Of a DNA stretch of 64,000 bases, positions 26,423-38,180 are shown in pieces (the stretch's first letter is position 1; each line of letters starts with the position of its first letter). The stretch is from IMG/VR virus record IMGVR_UViG_3300027151_000003. One strand, written 5' to 3'. Made by a program: the position numbers and the translations under genes. This stretch comes from an uncultured virus (IMG/VR IMGVR_UViG_3300027151_000003) (taxonomy: Duplodnaviria > Heunggongvirae > Uroviricota > Caudoviricetes). The notes below the pieces were generated by a model. That model saw only the letters and a program-made list of their open reading frames with translations, was not told where the DNA came from and did no database searches.

Positions 26423-28126
26423 TTGAGCATTGATTTCTCGCCACCGTCCTATAGGGCGGCGTCTAGCGACCTAACTATTTCCATCTCGCCATTAGGATTG
26501 GTTGAGTTAGCAGATGAAGAATTTGAAGTCCACGGCCCGCGTCTTAATCGTTATTCTCTTAACTGGGCTATGTATCTTGGTCACCATTACTCCTATCGCC
26601 GTCAAATAGGCGACGCACAGATAGTACTTAATTACTACCGTGCCTTTACAGATTTTATTATTAACTTTACCTTTGGTAAAGGTGTTAACTTCCGTTCTCC
26701 AAAAGAAACAGAGGCTATTGTTCCAGATATCTTGGAACGTGTTTGGGAAGTAGATAACAATAAGGCAACAGTACTGTGGGAAATGGGACAGCAAGGCTCT
26801 GTATCTGGAGACTGCTTTATCAAGGTTGCATACGAAGAAGCTTGGACTGATACATCTGGTCTACAGCACCCAGGACGTGTTCGCATTCTTCCACTTAACG
26901 CAGCTTTCTGTTTTCCAGAGTTCCACCCACATGACCGTGAACGTCTAATCCGTTTTAAATTAAAATACCGTTTCTGGGGCACATCGCTAGAAGGTACACG
27001 TCAGGTATTTACTTACACTGAAATTCTTACAGATGACATGATTGAGGAGTACATCAATGATGAGCTCATTGACTCTCGCCCTAACCCGCTTGGTATTGTT
27101 CCCATTGTTCATATTCCAAATGTTCGTATTAGTGGTAGCCCTTGGGGTCTTAGCGACGGTCACGATATTATTAATATTAACCGTACTTATAACGAGACTG
27201 CTACTGACATCGCTGACATCGTTAATTATCATGCTGCTCCCGTCACAGTCATCATTGGTGCCAAAGCTTCACAATTGGAAAAGGGCGCTAACAAAGTCTG
27301 GGGCGGTTTACCAAAAGACGCAAAGGTAGAGAACCTAGAAGGTGGCTCACAAGGTCTAAAGGGTGCAATGGAATTCTTAGCTATGCTTAAGAAGTCCATG
27401 CACGAGATGATTGGTGTTCCTGAGACTGCTCTTGGTCAAGCACAGCCTATCTCTAACACATCAGGTGTTGCGCTATCTATCCAGTTCCAACCTTTGATGA
27501 ACCGCTATCACCAAAAGATTATTCAGTACGCACACGGCCTAGAGCGCGTTAACGAGCTTATCCTTCGTAGCATTGCTATCAAGGAGCCTGAAGTATTTAT
27601 ATGGGACCCAACAAGAAACGTTAAACTTAAAAAGGGTCAGGTTGACCGTCTAGACCCTAACGACCCTATTACGTATCAAACTTACGTATTCTTCCCACAG
27701 CCTCTTCCACTAGACAAGTTGATTGCACTTAACGAAGTCCAGTCAATGCTATCCCTAGGCCTTGAGTCTAAGGAAGGCGCTTTGCGTACTTTGGGTGAAG
27801 AGTTCCCAACTGAGAAACTTAATGAGATTCGTCAAGAGCTTCTTGATGACGCTACAGCCGATGGCGCACTTAAGTTGCTACAGACCCAGATTGAACAAGA
27901 GATTGCTGAACTTACAGGCACTATGCCTAACCCTGAAACAGGAGGCGCCCCTGGTGCCCCTAGTGCAACTGGAGCTCCTGGAGCCCCAGCAGTACTACCA
28001 CCAACGATAGATGACGCGCTAGGTGCCGCCAATATGGGCGAAGCAGACCTGCGTAACAAGTTGGTAACTGAAGCTTATGGAACTGTCCTCCCACAGAGGC
28101 GAGTACCAGAAGAGTACGAAAAATAA
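26423..28126 (+). CDS. Portal protein (SPP1 gp6-like)
   Basis: Size, position, NPLGIVPIVHIPN, SNTSGVALSIQFQPL. Confidence 0.9.
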   Translation: MSIDFSPPSYRAASSDLTISISPLGLVELADEEFEVHGPRLNRYSLNWAMYLGHHYSYRRQIGDAQIVLNYYRAFTDFIINFTFGKGVNFRSPKETEAIVPDILERVWEVDNNKATVLWEMGQQGSVSGDCFIKVAYEEAWTDTSGLQHPGRVRILPLNAAFCFPEFHPHDRERLIRFKLKYRFWGTSLEGTRQVFTYTEILTDDMIEEYINDELIDSRPNPLGIVPIVHIPNVRISGSPWGLSDGHDIININRTYNETATDIADIVNYHAAPVTVIIGAKASQLEKGANKVWGGLPKDAKVENLEGGSQGLKGAMEFLAMLKKSMHEMIGVPETALGQAQPISNTSGVALSIQFQPLMNRYHQKIIQYAHGLERVNELILRSIAIKEPEVFIWDPTRNVKLKKGQVDRLDPNDPITYQTYVFFPQPLPLDKLIALNEVQSMLSLGLESKEGALRTLGEEFPTEKLNEIRQELLDDATADGALKLLQTQIEQEIAELTGTMPNPETGGAPGAPSATGAPGAPAVLPPTIDDALGAANMGEADLRNKLVTEAYGTVLPQRRVPEEYEK

Positions 28127-28134
28127 AGGTTTAG

Positions 28135-28164
28135 CCTGACATTTTTTGTATTTAGAAAGACAAT
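28135..28164 (+). promoter_or_regulatory. Putative late promoter CCTGAC-N18-GACAAT
   Basis: TTTAGCCTGAC repeat upstream of scaffold and capsid. Confidence 0.6.
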
Positions 28165-28230
28165 AGAATCAACGTTTGGTCATTTGTGCTCTCACTTCGG
28201 AAAACGACCCCTAGAATGTAAAGGATAACT

Positions 28231-29013
28231 ATGGAAACAGCAGAAGTATCTAACGCTGATGCCTTCGCGGCAGAAGCAGGAGTAGTTCCAGTTGTAGCCC
28301 AGTCGTCAGACAACGCAGTTGTCGCTGACGCACCTACTACTAAGGCAACTTCTAAGTTTTATACAGAAGATGACTTGGCAAAAGTAAGAAGCCAAGAAAA
28401 AGAAAAGCTCTACCCTCAGATTGATAAGTTGAAGGAAGAACTCGACGCCATTAAAAGAGAACGTGAAGCAGAACTTGCTACACGTGCTGCAGAAGCAGAA
28501 GCAAAAGCTAAAGCTGAGCAGGAAGCTCTTGAAAGTGACATGGATGTTCGTACTTTGCTTAAGACCAAGGAACAAGAGTGGCAGGAGCAGTTGGAGCGTG
28601 AGCGTCAAGAGCGTGAACGTGCCTTTGCTCTTCTGGAACGCGAAAAATCTTTTGCTGACCTACAAACCTACCGCACACAGCGTGTAGAAACAGAACGTGA
28701 AGCTATTATTCCTGAACTGCTAGACCTTATCAGTGGTAACACCCCTGATGAAGTTGACGCAAGTATTGCAGGTTTAAAAGAACGTTCAGCAAGAATTCTT
28801 GAATCTGCGCAGTCAGCTATGCAGAACGCAAGGAAAGAAATGACGGGGACAAGGGTAACCACGCCCCCGCTCGGACAAATGGACACTAATATGGAGCAAC
28901 GTAACTTTACGGCCGAGGATATCTCGTCCATGTCGATGAACGATTACGCAAAGTACAGAGAACGTATCATGAGCGACACTGCTCGTGGTAAATCTCGCGG
29001 CCTGTTCGGGTAA
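28231..29013 (+). CDS. Capsid scaffolding protein
   Basis: Acidic coiled coil between portal and capsid; C-terminal SMSMNDYAKYR. Confidence 0.8.
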   Translation: METAEVSNADAFAAEAGVVPVVAQSSDNAVVADAPTTKATSKFYTEDDLAKVRSQEKEKLYPQIDKLKEELDAIKREREAELATRAAEAEAKAKAEQEALESDMDVRTLLKTKEQEWQEQLERERQERERAFALLEREKSFADLQTYRTQRVETEREAIIPELLDLISGNTPDEVDASIAGLKERSARILESAQSAMQNARKEMTGTRVTTPPLGQMDTNMEQRNFTAEDISSMSMNDYAKYRERIMSDTARGKSRGLFG

Positions 29014-29056
29014 ACCCAACAATCCCAAATTCCAACAAATAAGGAGTCACAAGTAA

Positions 29057-30127
29057 ATGGCATCTGGTATCACGGGTACAGGCAACTTAGCCGCAGCCCC
29101 AACAGCATACTCAGGCACTAACACCCAGCTGACTCAAGCGATTCAGACAATCTGGTCCAAGGAAATCTTGTTCCAGGCTATGCCTATCCTTCGCTTTGAG
29201 CAGTTTGCAGTCAAGAAGACTGAACTTGGTGTTGCACCTGGTCTACAAATCAACTTCATGCGTTACAACAACCTAGGCTTCGCAAGCGGTCTTGTTGAAG
29301 GTGTACGTATGCAGACAAACGCGTTGACTGCACAGCAGTTCTCAATCACAGTATCAGAGCATGGATATGCTCTTGCTGTATCAGAACTTCTTCTTAACGC
29401 ATCATTCGATGACGTAATGGCATCAGCCTCACGTCTTCTTGGTCGTAACATGGCTATCTACCTAGACCAGCTATCACGCGACACACTATATGCAGCGACT
29501 TCAACAATTTATGGTGAAGACCGCTCAGCACTTACAGCAGTTAACAACTGGTACGCAGATGGTACAACCGCTGCTAACCGCGCTGCTATGACAGGTACCT
29601 ACTACATGACACCTCACACAGTGAAGGATGCAGTAGAGACCCTATCAACCAAGAACATCCCACGCCTCGGCGAAACATACGTTGCGTTTGTTCACCCACA
29701 CCAGAGCCGTAAGCTCCGTGACAATCCAGAATTTATTGAAGTCACTAAGTACGCTGCTCCAGGTAACTTTATGCTCGGTGAAATCGGTCGTCTATACGAC
29801 TGCGTATTCATCGAAACCACACAGGTTCTTAAGGTTGCTGGCGGTGCTGGTGCTTCTTACACCACAGACACAACTGTTGCTAACCCAACAGTAACTGCTG
29901 GTGGAGGTTACATCACTCCTGCTACAAAGACAGGTAATGGTGGTTCAGACCGCTACGCAGGTATCTTCATTGGAGATAACGCATTCGGTCACGCAATCTC
30001 TCTACCAGTTGAACTTCGCGATGGCGGAATTCTTGACTTCGGTCGTGAGCATGCTCTTGCTTGGTACTCAATCTTCGGTCTTGGTCTAATCACTGACCAG
30101 TCTGTAATCATTGCAGAAACCAACTAA
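29057..30127 (+). CDS. Major capsid protein (N4-gp56-like HK97 fold)
   Basis: YVAFVHPHQSRKLR, GEIGRLYDCVFIET, strong codon bias, following terminator. Confidence 0.9.
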   Translation: MASGITGTGNLAAAPTAYSGTNTQLTQAIQTIWSKEILFQAMPILRFEQFAVKKTELGVAPGLQINFMRYNNLGFASGLVEGVRMQTNALTAQQFSITVSEHGYALAVSELLLNASFDDVMASASRLLGRNMAIYLDQLSRDTLYAATSTIYGEDRSALTAVNNWYADGTTAANRAAMTGTYYMTPHTVKDAVETLSTKNIPRLGETYVAFVHPHQSRKLRDNPEFIEVTKYAAPGNFMLGEIGRLYDCVFIETTQVLKVAGGAGASYTTDTTVANPTVTAGGGYITPATKTGNGGSDRYAGIFIGDNAFGHAISLPVELRDGGILDFGREHALAWYSIFGLGLITDQSVIIAETN

Positions 30128-30140
30128 TTAGTTTTACCTA

Positions 30141-30170
30141 GGGGGCCTGGGCAACCAGGCCCCCACTTTA
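30141..30170 (+). terminator. Stem-loop after major capsid gene
   Basis: GGGGCCTGG-GCAA-CCAGGCCCC. Confidence 0.7.
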
Positions 30171-30195
30171 ACAGTTACTAAATCGGAGGATATAA

Positions 30196-30561
30196 ATGGC
30201 AAGTAAAGTAAAACCGACGGATGTTACTGGTCGCGTACGTGAAGCGGCTCTAGAAGAAAATCTAGAGGCAATGCAAGAACGCGCATCGGAAATGTCTATG
30301 GCTACTGCCGAAGCACAAATCAAGCTTGAAACAGAAGTAGTAGATGCAACCGTACCAAACCGTGCAACAGTTATTGTTGATGACCCAACAGTAATTAGCG
30401 AGTCAGAAGACTCAGTTGTAATCCGTGTTATCGAAACAATTGATTCTATGACACTAGGTGCAGGAAACTACTACAGCTTTAAAGCTGGACAGAAGTACAA
30501 AGTGTCTCGTCAAGTTGCACAGCATCTTGAGGAAAAAGGTTATCTAGCTGGAGTAATCTAA
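30196..30561 (+). CDS. Head-associated hypothetical protein
   Basis: GGAGG RBS; FKAGQKYKVSRQVAQHLEEKGY. Confidence 0.7.
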   Translation: MASKVKPTDVTGRVREAALEENLEAMQERASEMSMATAEAQIKLETEVVDATVPNRATVIVDDPTVISESEDSVVIRVIETIDSMTLGAGNYYSFKAGQKYKVSRQVAQHLEEKGYLAGVI

Positions 30562-30654
30562 GCAGTTAACGGATTATCGAGCACTTAATTCGGCGGAGCG
30601 GCGGGCATTACTGCCCGCTTCTTCGTTTACATAGTCGTTAAAGGAGTGAATTAA

Positions 30655-31713
30655 GTGGCCTCAATGGCAGACCTTGTATCGAGAGTTCGTCTTGAACTTG
30701 GAGACTTACCTAAAGAATTTACCTTCACCGCTGATGGTGACGGTGTATTAAAAGATTTTTATTTAAACACTAAGCCTGTTGACCCATACACACTTTATGT
30801 CGCAGTTATTGACGACGTGGTCCCAGCACCCTTTGGTTATAAATTAGAAAAAGACCAAGGCATTATTCACTTTAAAGACCCCCTTATTGTTGGGGCAAAA
30901 CTAGTTGTTAACGGAACTGGTTACAGATACTTTACAGATAGCGACATTGAGCGCTTTATTAATACTGCCGTAGAGCAGCACGTGTACGAAAGAACAGATA
31001 ACTTTGGCAGCGCAATAAACCTTAAGATGATTCCTGGAGTTGAGGAATACCCAATTGCTATCCTTGCAACTATTGAAGCCTTGTGGGCTTTAGCTACTGA
31101 TGCGTCCTTTGATATTAATATCACCGCGCCTGATGGCGTAGTGATTCCCCGTTCACAGCGCTATGCACAGCTGACTAACACAATTCAGCAACGCTGGGAA
31201 CAGTACCGTCAGCTGTGCGCTGCTCTTAATATAGGCCTATGGCGTATACAGGTTGGCACTCTTCGTCGTACTAGCCGTCACACTAATAAATTTGTACCTA
31301 TATACAAGGGCCAAGAGATTGATGATGCTAGAAAACCAGAGCGTATGTATCTTCCTGTAGACCCAATGGGGTATGAGCCTGTGCCTACAACAGCTGAGGT
31401 TTATGACATTGTTATGTACCAAGGCGACACATTTGAGCAAATTGTTGACTTTGCATTTAATATTACGGGTCTTACATGGAAAGCAGAGATTCGCACCTAC
31501 CCTAATTCACCATCTAAATATGCCACTCTAGATGTTACAATTTTAGATGCTGCACAAGGAAGGCTTAAGTTGTCGCTAGTAAGTGATAAAACTAAATATC
31601 TTCCTGTTCGTGCGTTCTGGGATTTGCAGGCAACTAAAGTTTCAGACCCTACATGGGAAAAAACGTACTTGAGAGGTCAAGTATTTGTAACTCAACAGGT
31701 AACGGTGGACTAA
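30655..31713 (+). CDS. Head-tail adaptor or neck protein
   Basis: [19 protein letters not shown]-terminal YQGDTF...WDLQAT module; position. Confidence 0.65.
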   Translation: MASMADLVSRVRLELGDLPKEFTFTADGDGVLKDFYLNTKPVDPYTLYVAVIDDVVPAPFGYKLEKDQGIIHFKDPLIVGAKLVVNGTGYRYFTDSDIERFINTAVEQHVYERTDNFGSAINLKMIPGVEEYPIAILATIEALWALATDASFDINITAPDGVVIPRSQRYAQLTNTIQQRWEQYRQLCAALNIGLWRIQVGTLRRTSRHTNKFVPIYKGQEIDDARKPERMYLPVDPMGYEPVPTTAEVYDIVMYQGDTFEQIVDFAFNITGLTWKAEIRTYPNSPSKYATLDVTILDAAQGRLKLSLVSDKTKYLPVRAFWDLQATKVSDPTWEKTYLRGQVFVTQQVTVD

Positions 31714-31714
31714 A

Positions 31715-34048
31715 GTGGCAGATGAGATTATTGTCGTAGGCCCTGATAACAGCGATTGGTATCCAGGCGTAACTGGCCCTACCAGTGCAACGGGACCAAC
31801 CGTACCTGTTGGTGTAACTGGCCCTACTGGACAACGCGGACCTACAGGTCCTGCTGGCGCAACAGGCGCAACAGGAGCCGCTGGTTTAACAGGCCCATCT
31901 GTAACAGGTCCAACTGGTCCTACAGGACGAACAGGCGCAACAGGTCCTACAGGTATTGCTGGAAGCGCTGGACCCGCTGGTGCCACAGGTCCTCAAGGTT
32001 ATTCTGGTGTTCAAGGAGCAACAGGTCCTACAGGTGCACCTGGTCAAGGTTTAAATATTCTTGGCGAGTACCCAACACTTAATGATTTAACAACAGCAAA
32101 CCCAACTGGTAGTGCTGGTCAAGCTTATCTTCTTGCTAACGGCAATTTAATTATTTGGAGCGGCGGTCAGTGGACTAACGTTGGAAACCTTGAAGGTCCA
32201 ACTGGTGCTACTGGCGGTTCTGGTCCTACAGGACCACGTGGTCAACAAGGTCTTCAAGGTATTAATGGACCACAAGGTGCACAAGGTGACACTGGTCCTG
32301 TTGGTCCTACTGGCGCAACTGGTCCGCAAGGTCCGCAAGGTATTCAAGGAACACAGGGTCTTCAAGGCTTTGCTGGTCTTCAAGGTGTAACAGGTCCACA
32401 AGGTTTATCAATTACTGGTCCTACTGGTGCTACTGGTGCAACAGGCGCTGCATCGACAGTAATCGGTCCTACTGGTGCTGTAGGTGCTACTGGAGCTACT
32501 GGAGCAACTGGTGCTACTGGTGCTGCATCAACAGTGATTGGACCTACAGGTGCGACTGGTGCACAAGGAAATCTTGGACCTACAGGTCCACAAGGAAACA
32601 TTGGTGCTACTGGTCCAACAGGTGCGGCATCTACTATTGCTGGACCAACGGGTCCAACAGGAACTACACGCCCTGTAACAAGTGTTACTTTTACTAATCA
32701 AGGTGTTTGGAGTTCACTTGGAACTTACGTTCTATATGACGGCGTAAGTTATGGAAGCGAAATCTGGGTATTAACTAACCCAGCACAATTTACAGTTGGT
32801 GGAATACCAAGTGATAACGGAACTGGTTGGGCTCTTTATGTAAAGGGTGCTACTGGTGCTACAGGCCCTACAGGTTCTGCAGGTTTCCCTGGTGCTGTTG
32901 GTCCAACAGGTGCTCAAGGTCCACAAGGTACTCAAGGTGTTGCTGGTACAGCAGGTTCTACAGGTACTCCTGGAACAACTGGTGCGCAGGGACCTACGGG
33001 TGCTACTGGTCCTGCTGGTTCTGGAATTTTTATTCTTGGAAGTTATGGCTCACTTGCTGCACTTCAAACTGCTCAACCTGTTGGAGCAACAGGTGACGGT
33101 TATCTTGTTAACGGTGTTCTATTTGTATGGGCTGGCTCTGCATGGGCAAGTGCTGGAGCAATCCAAGGTCCAACAGGTTCTCAAGGCGGCATAGGTCCAA
33201 CAGGTTCACAAGGTCCTCAAGGAAATATTGGCCCTACTGGTGCACAAGGTATTCAAGGTATTCAAGGTGTTCAAGGTCCGACTGGTGCAACTGGTTTAAC
33301 TGGTTTAACTGGTGCAACTGGAGCGCAGGGTATCCAAGGTGTTACTGGTCCAACAGGTCCTCAAGGTATCCAAGGTGTAACAGGACCTACTGGTATCCAA
33401 GGTCGCGGTTTAGGTATTCTTGGTTCCTTCAACTCTTTTGCGGAACTTAACGCAGCATTTCCAACTGCAGCAACTGGTGACGCATATCTTATTCAGGGTC
33501 AACTTTATGTTTGGCAAGGCAGCGCTTATGTAAACGCTGGTTTTGTTCAAGGACCTACAGGACCTACTGGTACCACAGGTATAACTGGTGCCACAGGCCC
33601 TACTGGAGCAGCATCTACTGTTGCTGGTCCTACTGGAGCTACTGGTCCACTTCCATTTACAGTTATTGGAACTTGGCAGCAAGGTCTTTCTTATCAAGTT
33701 GGTCAAGCAGTTTTCTACGACACCCCAACTTTAAAGGGAACATACGTTCGTAGAAACAGCGCATCAACTGCTGGAATCACTCCTCTTGAAGACACAGCAA
33801 ACTGGCAAGCAATTGTTGCTGCAACTATTGGTGTTACAGGACCAACTGGGCCACAAGGTTTAACAGGTTTAACTGGTATTCAAGGACCTACGGGTATTCA
33901 AGGTCCAACTGGCCCAACAGGAAATCAAGGTTTACTAGGTCCAACAGGCCCTACAGGCACTACACTATTGAACGTAGATGGTGGCAGCGCCGATACCAAT
34001 TATGGCGGGGTTATAACTATCGACGGAGGAGACGTGAGCGGTAACTAA
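31715..34048 (+). CDS. Collagen-like fibre protein
   Basis: Long Gly-X-Y (GPT/GAT/GPQ) tracts interrupted by repeated ILGSY...GDAYL..W modules. Confidence 0.9.
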   Translation: MADEIIVVGPDNSDWYPGVTGPTSATGPTVPVGVTGPTGQRGPTGPAGATGATGAAGLTGPSVTGPTGPTGRTGATGPTGIAGSAGPAGATGPQGYSGVQGATGPTGAPGQGLNILGEYPTLNDLTTANPTGSAGQAYLLANGNLIIWSGGQWTNVGNLEGPTGATGGSGPTGPRGQQGLQGINGPQGAQGDTGPVGPTGATGPQGPQGIQGTQGLQGFAGLQGVTGPQGLSITGPTGATGATGAASTVIGPTGAVGATGATGATGATGAASTVIGPTGATGAQGNLGPTGPQGNIGATGPTGAASTIAGPTGPTGTTRPVTSVTFTNQGVWSSLGTYVLYDGVSYGSEIWVLTNPAQFTVGGIPSDNGTGWALYVKGATGATGPTGSAGFPGAVGPTGAQGPQGTQGVAGTAGSTGTPGTTGAQGPTGATGPAGSGIFILGSYGSLAALQTAQPVGATGDGYLVNGVLFVWAGSAWASAGAIQGPTGSQGGIGPTGSQGPQGNIGPTGAQGIQGIQGVQGPTGATGLTGLTGATGAQGIQGVTGPTGPQGIQGVTGPTGIQGRGLGILGSFNSFAELNAAFPTAATGDAYLIQGQLYVWQGSAYVNAGFVQGPTGPTGTTGITGATGPTGAASTVAGPTGATGPLPFTVIGTWQQGLSYQVGQAVFYDTPTLKGTYVRRNSASTAGITPLEDTANWQAIVAATIGVTGPTGPQGLTGLTGIQGPTGIQGPTGPTGNQGLLGPTGPTGTTLLNVDGGSADTNYGGVITIDGGDVSGN

Positions 34049-34461
34049 TGGCAATTAAATTACAATTACGTCGTGCTACGGCGTTACAGTGGTCAACTAC
34101 TAATCCCCTTCTTTCAGAAGGTGAACTTGGTCTTGAACTTGACACTGGAAGATTTAAAGTTGGCAACGGTACACAGCTTTGGAGTGCGCTAGTATATGCC
34201 AGTGGTATTCAAGGACCAACAGGGCCTGCAGGCTCTAATGGTGTTGCGGGACCAACTGGTGCTGCGGGTTCAAACGGTGCTGCGGGACCTACAGGACTTC
34301 GTGGACCAACAGGTACACCAGGACCAGCTGGAGATGGTGGACGTGGTGAACAACTAGTTATGGATGCTCAACTAGAACTTGGCATCTTTTTTCCTCGTTA
34401 TTCACAGACACGAACCACTACAATTACTCAGACCGTTATCCAACCGATTACGTTAATTTAG
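34048..34461 (+). CDS. Short fibre protein (Mtd N-terminal-like plus collagen)
   Basis: LQLRRATALQWSTTNPLLSEGELGLELDTGRFKVGNG. Confidence 0.8.
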   Translation: MAIKLQLRRATALQWSTTNPLLSEGELGLELDTGRFKVGNGTQLWSALVYASGIQGPTGPAGSNGVAGPTGAAGSNGAAGPTGLRGPTGTPGPAGDGGRGEQLVMDAQLELGIFFPRYSQTRTTTITQTVIQPITLI

Positions 34462-34475
34462 GAAGGTAATATTTA

Positions 34476-37400
34476 ATGGCACGTAATATTGCGCCCGAGG
34501 ATTATGTATTTAATCCAACGACAAAGACAATTACTATTGAGCGCTACATTAAGAAAATTCATTTCTTCCTTATTGTTAACGCAACAACTAACCAGGTTCT
34601 TTTCAACTTTTCAGACCCAAATACAACAGCAACAGTAACCTACATTTACCCAGACAACAGCATCTCAAACCCTTATGGTCAACCAGACTATAAAACTGTT
34701 ATTCAGCTAAATGCATCTCTTAGCACAACAGGCATGTCTGCAACGGACAACCTACAGATTGTTGTAGATGACGAACACCAAAAGGTAGACTTTAGCGACG
34801 TTATGCTTGACGGAGCTCAGAAGCTTCGTGTCTCAGAACCACAATCTCTTATGGATACAGACTTTGAATACTCTGTACAGCCATCTAAGTGGGAAGCACT
34901 ATTCTTACATAATAACTACCCATCATTCTTCCCTAAGGCAACTGGCGGTAACGCAATTGACCTTGTAACAATGGTTGGCGATGGAGCTCGTCCACGCTCA
35001 GTAATCACTGTTACCACAGCACTACCACACTCTTTATCTGCTGGTCAGGTAGTATCGGTTCAAGAGACTCTTAATTTTCTTGCAGAAGGAACTTCTCTTG
35101 TAACAACAGTGCCTACTACAACCTCCTTTACCTATACTGCTCGCGGAATTGTTTCTGGAGATATTTTATCTGGAACATTGACAAACGTATACGGTGGAGA
35201 CATCTTTGATGGTGCTCATATCCCAGGTGGAAACGCACCTATCGGTGGAGTTTCAAATACTAAATCTTTTAGAGCAACAACTGATGGTGCCGCGCCTATT
35301 TCAAAGGTGACCGTAACATTTGACAACCCACACGGTGTTTACCCAGGTTCCCTAATTGTGGTTTCTGGAACTAACAGCTTTGATGGTAACTGGTCAGTGA
35401 CAGACGTACCAACAACACGTACTTTGTCTTTTCAACTAGACCGTCAACAGTCTGCTGTAACAGTTCCGCAGACTGCGTTAATTTTAACTAAGAGCGATGG
35501 TTATATCGTTCACCGACCATATGATGGTGGTGTTTCTCTTACAACAGCGACTAACACTATGGGTAACCAGGTTATTCGTCAGACTCGCCGTTACTTCCGT
35601 TATCAGTCAGGTAAGGGTATTCAGTTCTCAACTGGTGGTCAGTTAACTCCAGTATTTGACGTAGAACAGATGTACTTAAATGGCGGCACTATAGGCTCAG
35701 GAATTATTACAGTAAGAACTGTACAAGACCACGGTTTACAGGCTGGAGTAGGTATCCAGGTTGAAGGTGTTACAACTCGCGCAGAGTACAACCCATACAA
35801 CGGTAACTTTGTTGTCTCACGCATCATTGACGTTAACACATTTGAGTACACAACTAATCTAACTAGCGCTGTCTCTTTAGTTGACCAAAACCCAGCAGGA
35901 GTTAACGTCTATGTACACGCCCGTACTTGGTACGGAGCTGTTACTCGTGCAGGTTTGTATGACGACCAAAACGGTTTCTTCTTTGAATATGATGGACAAA
36001 AAGCGTTTGTTTGTCGCCGTCACTCTGAAAAAGAAGGCATTGGTCGTATTAACGTAACAGCTGATTCTTCATTTGTTACTGGTGTTAATACTCAATTCCG
36101 TAAGCAATTAGTAGTTGGAAATACAATTGTTATTAAGGGTGCAACATATAAAGTTGTACAAATTAACTCTGCTACTTCTTTAAACATCGCACCTGCTTAC
36201 AAAGGCCCTAACGGTATTAGAACTCGTTACTTAATTACTCAAACAGAACGATTCCCACAAGAAGAGTGGAACTTGGACCGATTTGACGGTACAGGCTCAT
36301 CGGGTTATCAGTTGGATATGGGACGCATGCAGATGCTCTATATCGACTACACCTGGTACGGTGCTGGTGCTATCCGCTTTGGTATGCGTACCGTAAGTGG
36401 TCGCATTAACTGGTGTCATCGTATTGCCAATAACAACGTTAACAACGCTGCGTACCAACGTTCAGGTAACTTACCTGCTCGCTATGAAGTTTCTAATGAC
36501 CCATCACTCTTCTCAAAGATGTTAGCTGGTGGAGCTGCAGGAACAATCGGCGCACAGCTTGGTCCAAACGATACAGTGCTGTGGGTTGAGAACACTCAAT
36601 ACTGGCCACCTGCAGGTTACCTATTAGTACGTGATGATACTAACGTAGAAATTATGCGTTACTCATCTGTAGGAGCATATGACCCTGTAAAGAAGTGCGC
36701 TCCTATCTTTATTGCGGAACGTCGTGCATCTGTTACACAAGTTTACCCAGATGTACCCTTCCAGTTTGCTGGAACTAAATCACCAGTAACATTTGTACCT
36801 GACTCCTCTTACACAGGCGTTGGTGGAAATGCTCAGGTTGCGGTTCAGTCTATTACTCAGAACTGTGCACCTATTATTAGCCACTGGGGTTCTTCTGTAA
36901 TCATGGATGGTAAGTTTGATGATGATACAAGCTTTATCTTCACTGGTGGTATGACTAAGCTTCTTAACGTGCCAGCTGGTATTACTCGTCCACTAATTGC
37001 AGTACGTCTTGCTCCATCTGTAGATAACGCTATTGCTCGTAACTATGGTATTCGTGAACTTGCTAACCGCATGCAGTTAAAGATGAACTCTATTGGAGTT
37101 TCAACTAACGGACAGTTCCGTATTGACGGAATCCTAAACCCAGGAAGAATTGAATATACTAACTGGACTCCTGCTCAGTTGACTACTACACGTTCTTCAG
37201 TAACAGGTACCTCAGGAACGCTAAATATTACAGTAAATGACGCAACAGGTACTAACGGACTTGTTCCTGGTATGTTGGTATCAGGTTCTGGTATTGGAAC
37301 TGCGGCTACTATTGCTTCAGTCGCTGCTAACCGTATTACTCTTTCTGTTCCGAATACTGGAACAGTCTCTGGAGGTATTACTTTTACACCTCGTCAAGGA

Positions 37401-37769
37401 TTTACAGGTATTCCTAATGACTGGACTCGTGACCTTGTAGGTTCTGGTTCTCTTGCTCAGATTATCTACTTTGATAACTCAGGCCCTGGAGCTGGTGGAG
37501 TTCAGACATCATCTGGTCTAATCACAGGTGGTGACTCTGTAGCATCCTTCTTCTCTGAAAACGGTGGTGGTGCTTCTAACTACAATATTTCCAACTACGA
37601 CCTTACAAAGATTCGTGACCTTGGAAACTCAATCCTTGGAGGAAACGGAAACGTTTCTACCCCAGGGTACCCTAATGGCCCAGATATCCTGGTCTTGACT
37701 GCAACCAACATTGGTTCTTCAGCAGCCAATATCTCAGCTCGTATCTCATGGACAGAGGCTCAGGCATAA
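34476..37769 (+). CDS. Large virion structural or fibre protein
   Basis: KLRVSEPQSLMDTDFEY, RQTRRYFRYQSGKG, beta-rich. Confidence 0.75.
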   Translation: MARNIAPEDYVFNPTTKTITIERYIKKIHFFLIVNATTNQVLFNFSDPNTTATVTYIYPDNSISNPYGQPDYKTVIQLNASLSTTGMSATDNLQIVVDDEHQKVDFSDVMLDGAQKLRVSEPQSLMDTDFEYSVQPSKWEALFLHNNYPSFFPKATGGNAIDLVTMVGDGARPRSVITVTTALPHSLSAGQVVSVQETLNFLAEGTSLVTTVPTTTSFTYTARGIVSGDILSGTLTNVYGGDIFDGAHIPGGNAPIGGVSNTKSFRATTDGAAPISKVTVTFDNPHGVYPGSLIVVSGTNSFDGNWSVTDVPTTRTLSFQLDRQQSAVTVPQTALILTKSDGYIVHRPYDGGVSLTTATNTMGNQVIRQTRRYFRYQSGKGIQFSTGGQLTPVFDVEQMYLNGGTIGSGIITVRTVQDHGLQAGVGIQVEGVTTRAEYNPYNGNFVVSRIIDVNTFEYTTNLTSAVSLVDQNPAGVNVYVHARTWYGAVTRAGLYDDQNGFFFEYDGQKAFVCRRHSEKEGIGRINVTADSSFVTGVNTQFRKQLVVGNTIVIKGATYKVVQINSATSLNIAPAYKGPNGIRTRYLITQTERFPQEEWNLDRFDGTGSSGYQLDMGRMQMLYIDYTWYGAGAIRFGMRTVSGRINWCHRIANNNVNNAAYQRSGNLPARYEVSNDPSLFSKMLAGGAAGTIGAQLGPNDTVLWVENTQYWPPAGYLLVRDDTNVEIMRYSSVGAYDPVKKCAPIFIAERRASVTQVYPDVPFQFAGTKSPVTFVPDSSYTGVGGNAQVAVQSITQNCAPIISHWGSSVIMDGKFDDDTSFIFTGGMTKLLNVPAGITRPLIAVRLAPSVDNAIARNYGIRELANRMQLKMNSIGVSTNGQFRIDGILNPGRIEYTNWTPAQLTTTRSSVTGTSGTLNITVNDATGTNGLVPGMLVSGSGIGTAATIASVAANRITLSVPNTGTVSGGITFTPRQGFTGIPNDWTRDLVGSGSLAQIIYFDNSGPGAGGVQTSSGLITGGDSVASFFSENGGGASNYNISNYDLTKIRDLGNSILGGNGNVSTPGYPNGPDILVLTATNIGSSAANISARISWTEAQA

Positions 37770-37841
37770 TGTTCAAAGTTTACAATGACCTCGTATTTAA
37801 AACTGATACACTTTTAATAGCCTCGAAAGGTAGGTAAAAAC

Positions 37842-38180
37842 ATGCCAGATTACAGCTCCCTTAGTACCCAGATTACCGCTGTTAAAGAAGAAATTACAGC
37901 AAGCCTTGCCGCTGCTACTTATACAGCGCAAGACCTAATCTATGTGACTAAGTCACTAGAAACCCTAGGCACCCTACTAGGTGTTAATGACATTGTTGCT
38001 GCAACCGCTGACCGCGTAACAGTAATCAATACTGCTGGTACAACCCAAACTGGGCTTGTTAACTCTGCAGGTACAACACAGGTTGCAGCAGTTAACGCTG
38101 CTGGAAACACCAAGGTCGCTGCTATTCAAGCAGAGTCCGCTAATCTAACCACACTAGCTTATATAGGAGTACTAGCATAA
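37842..38180 (+). CDS. Virion structural protein
   Basis: VN(T/S/A)AGTTQ repeats, operon context. Confidence 0.65.
   Translation: MPDYSSLSTQITAVKEEITASLAAATYTAQDLIYVTKSLETLGTLLGVNDIVAATADRVTVINTAGTTQTGLVNSAGTTQVAAVNAAGNTKVAAIQAESANLTTLAYIGVLA

Noticed and set aside
31642..33753. Many alternative-frame and antisense ORFs over collagen, Ala-rich and Gly-rich genes
   Set aside because: Shadows of low-complexity, codon-biased coding sequence, with no RBS or operon logic.
34048..34461. Diversity-generating retroelement target (Mtd-like N-terminus)
   Set aside because: Only the N-terminal anchor module is present; no reverse transcriptase or TR/VR repeat pair was seen in the window.
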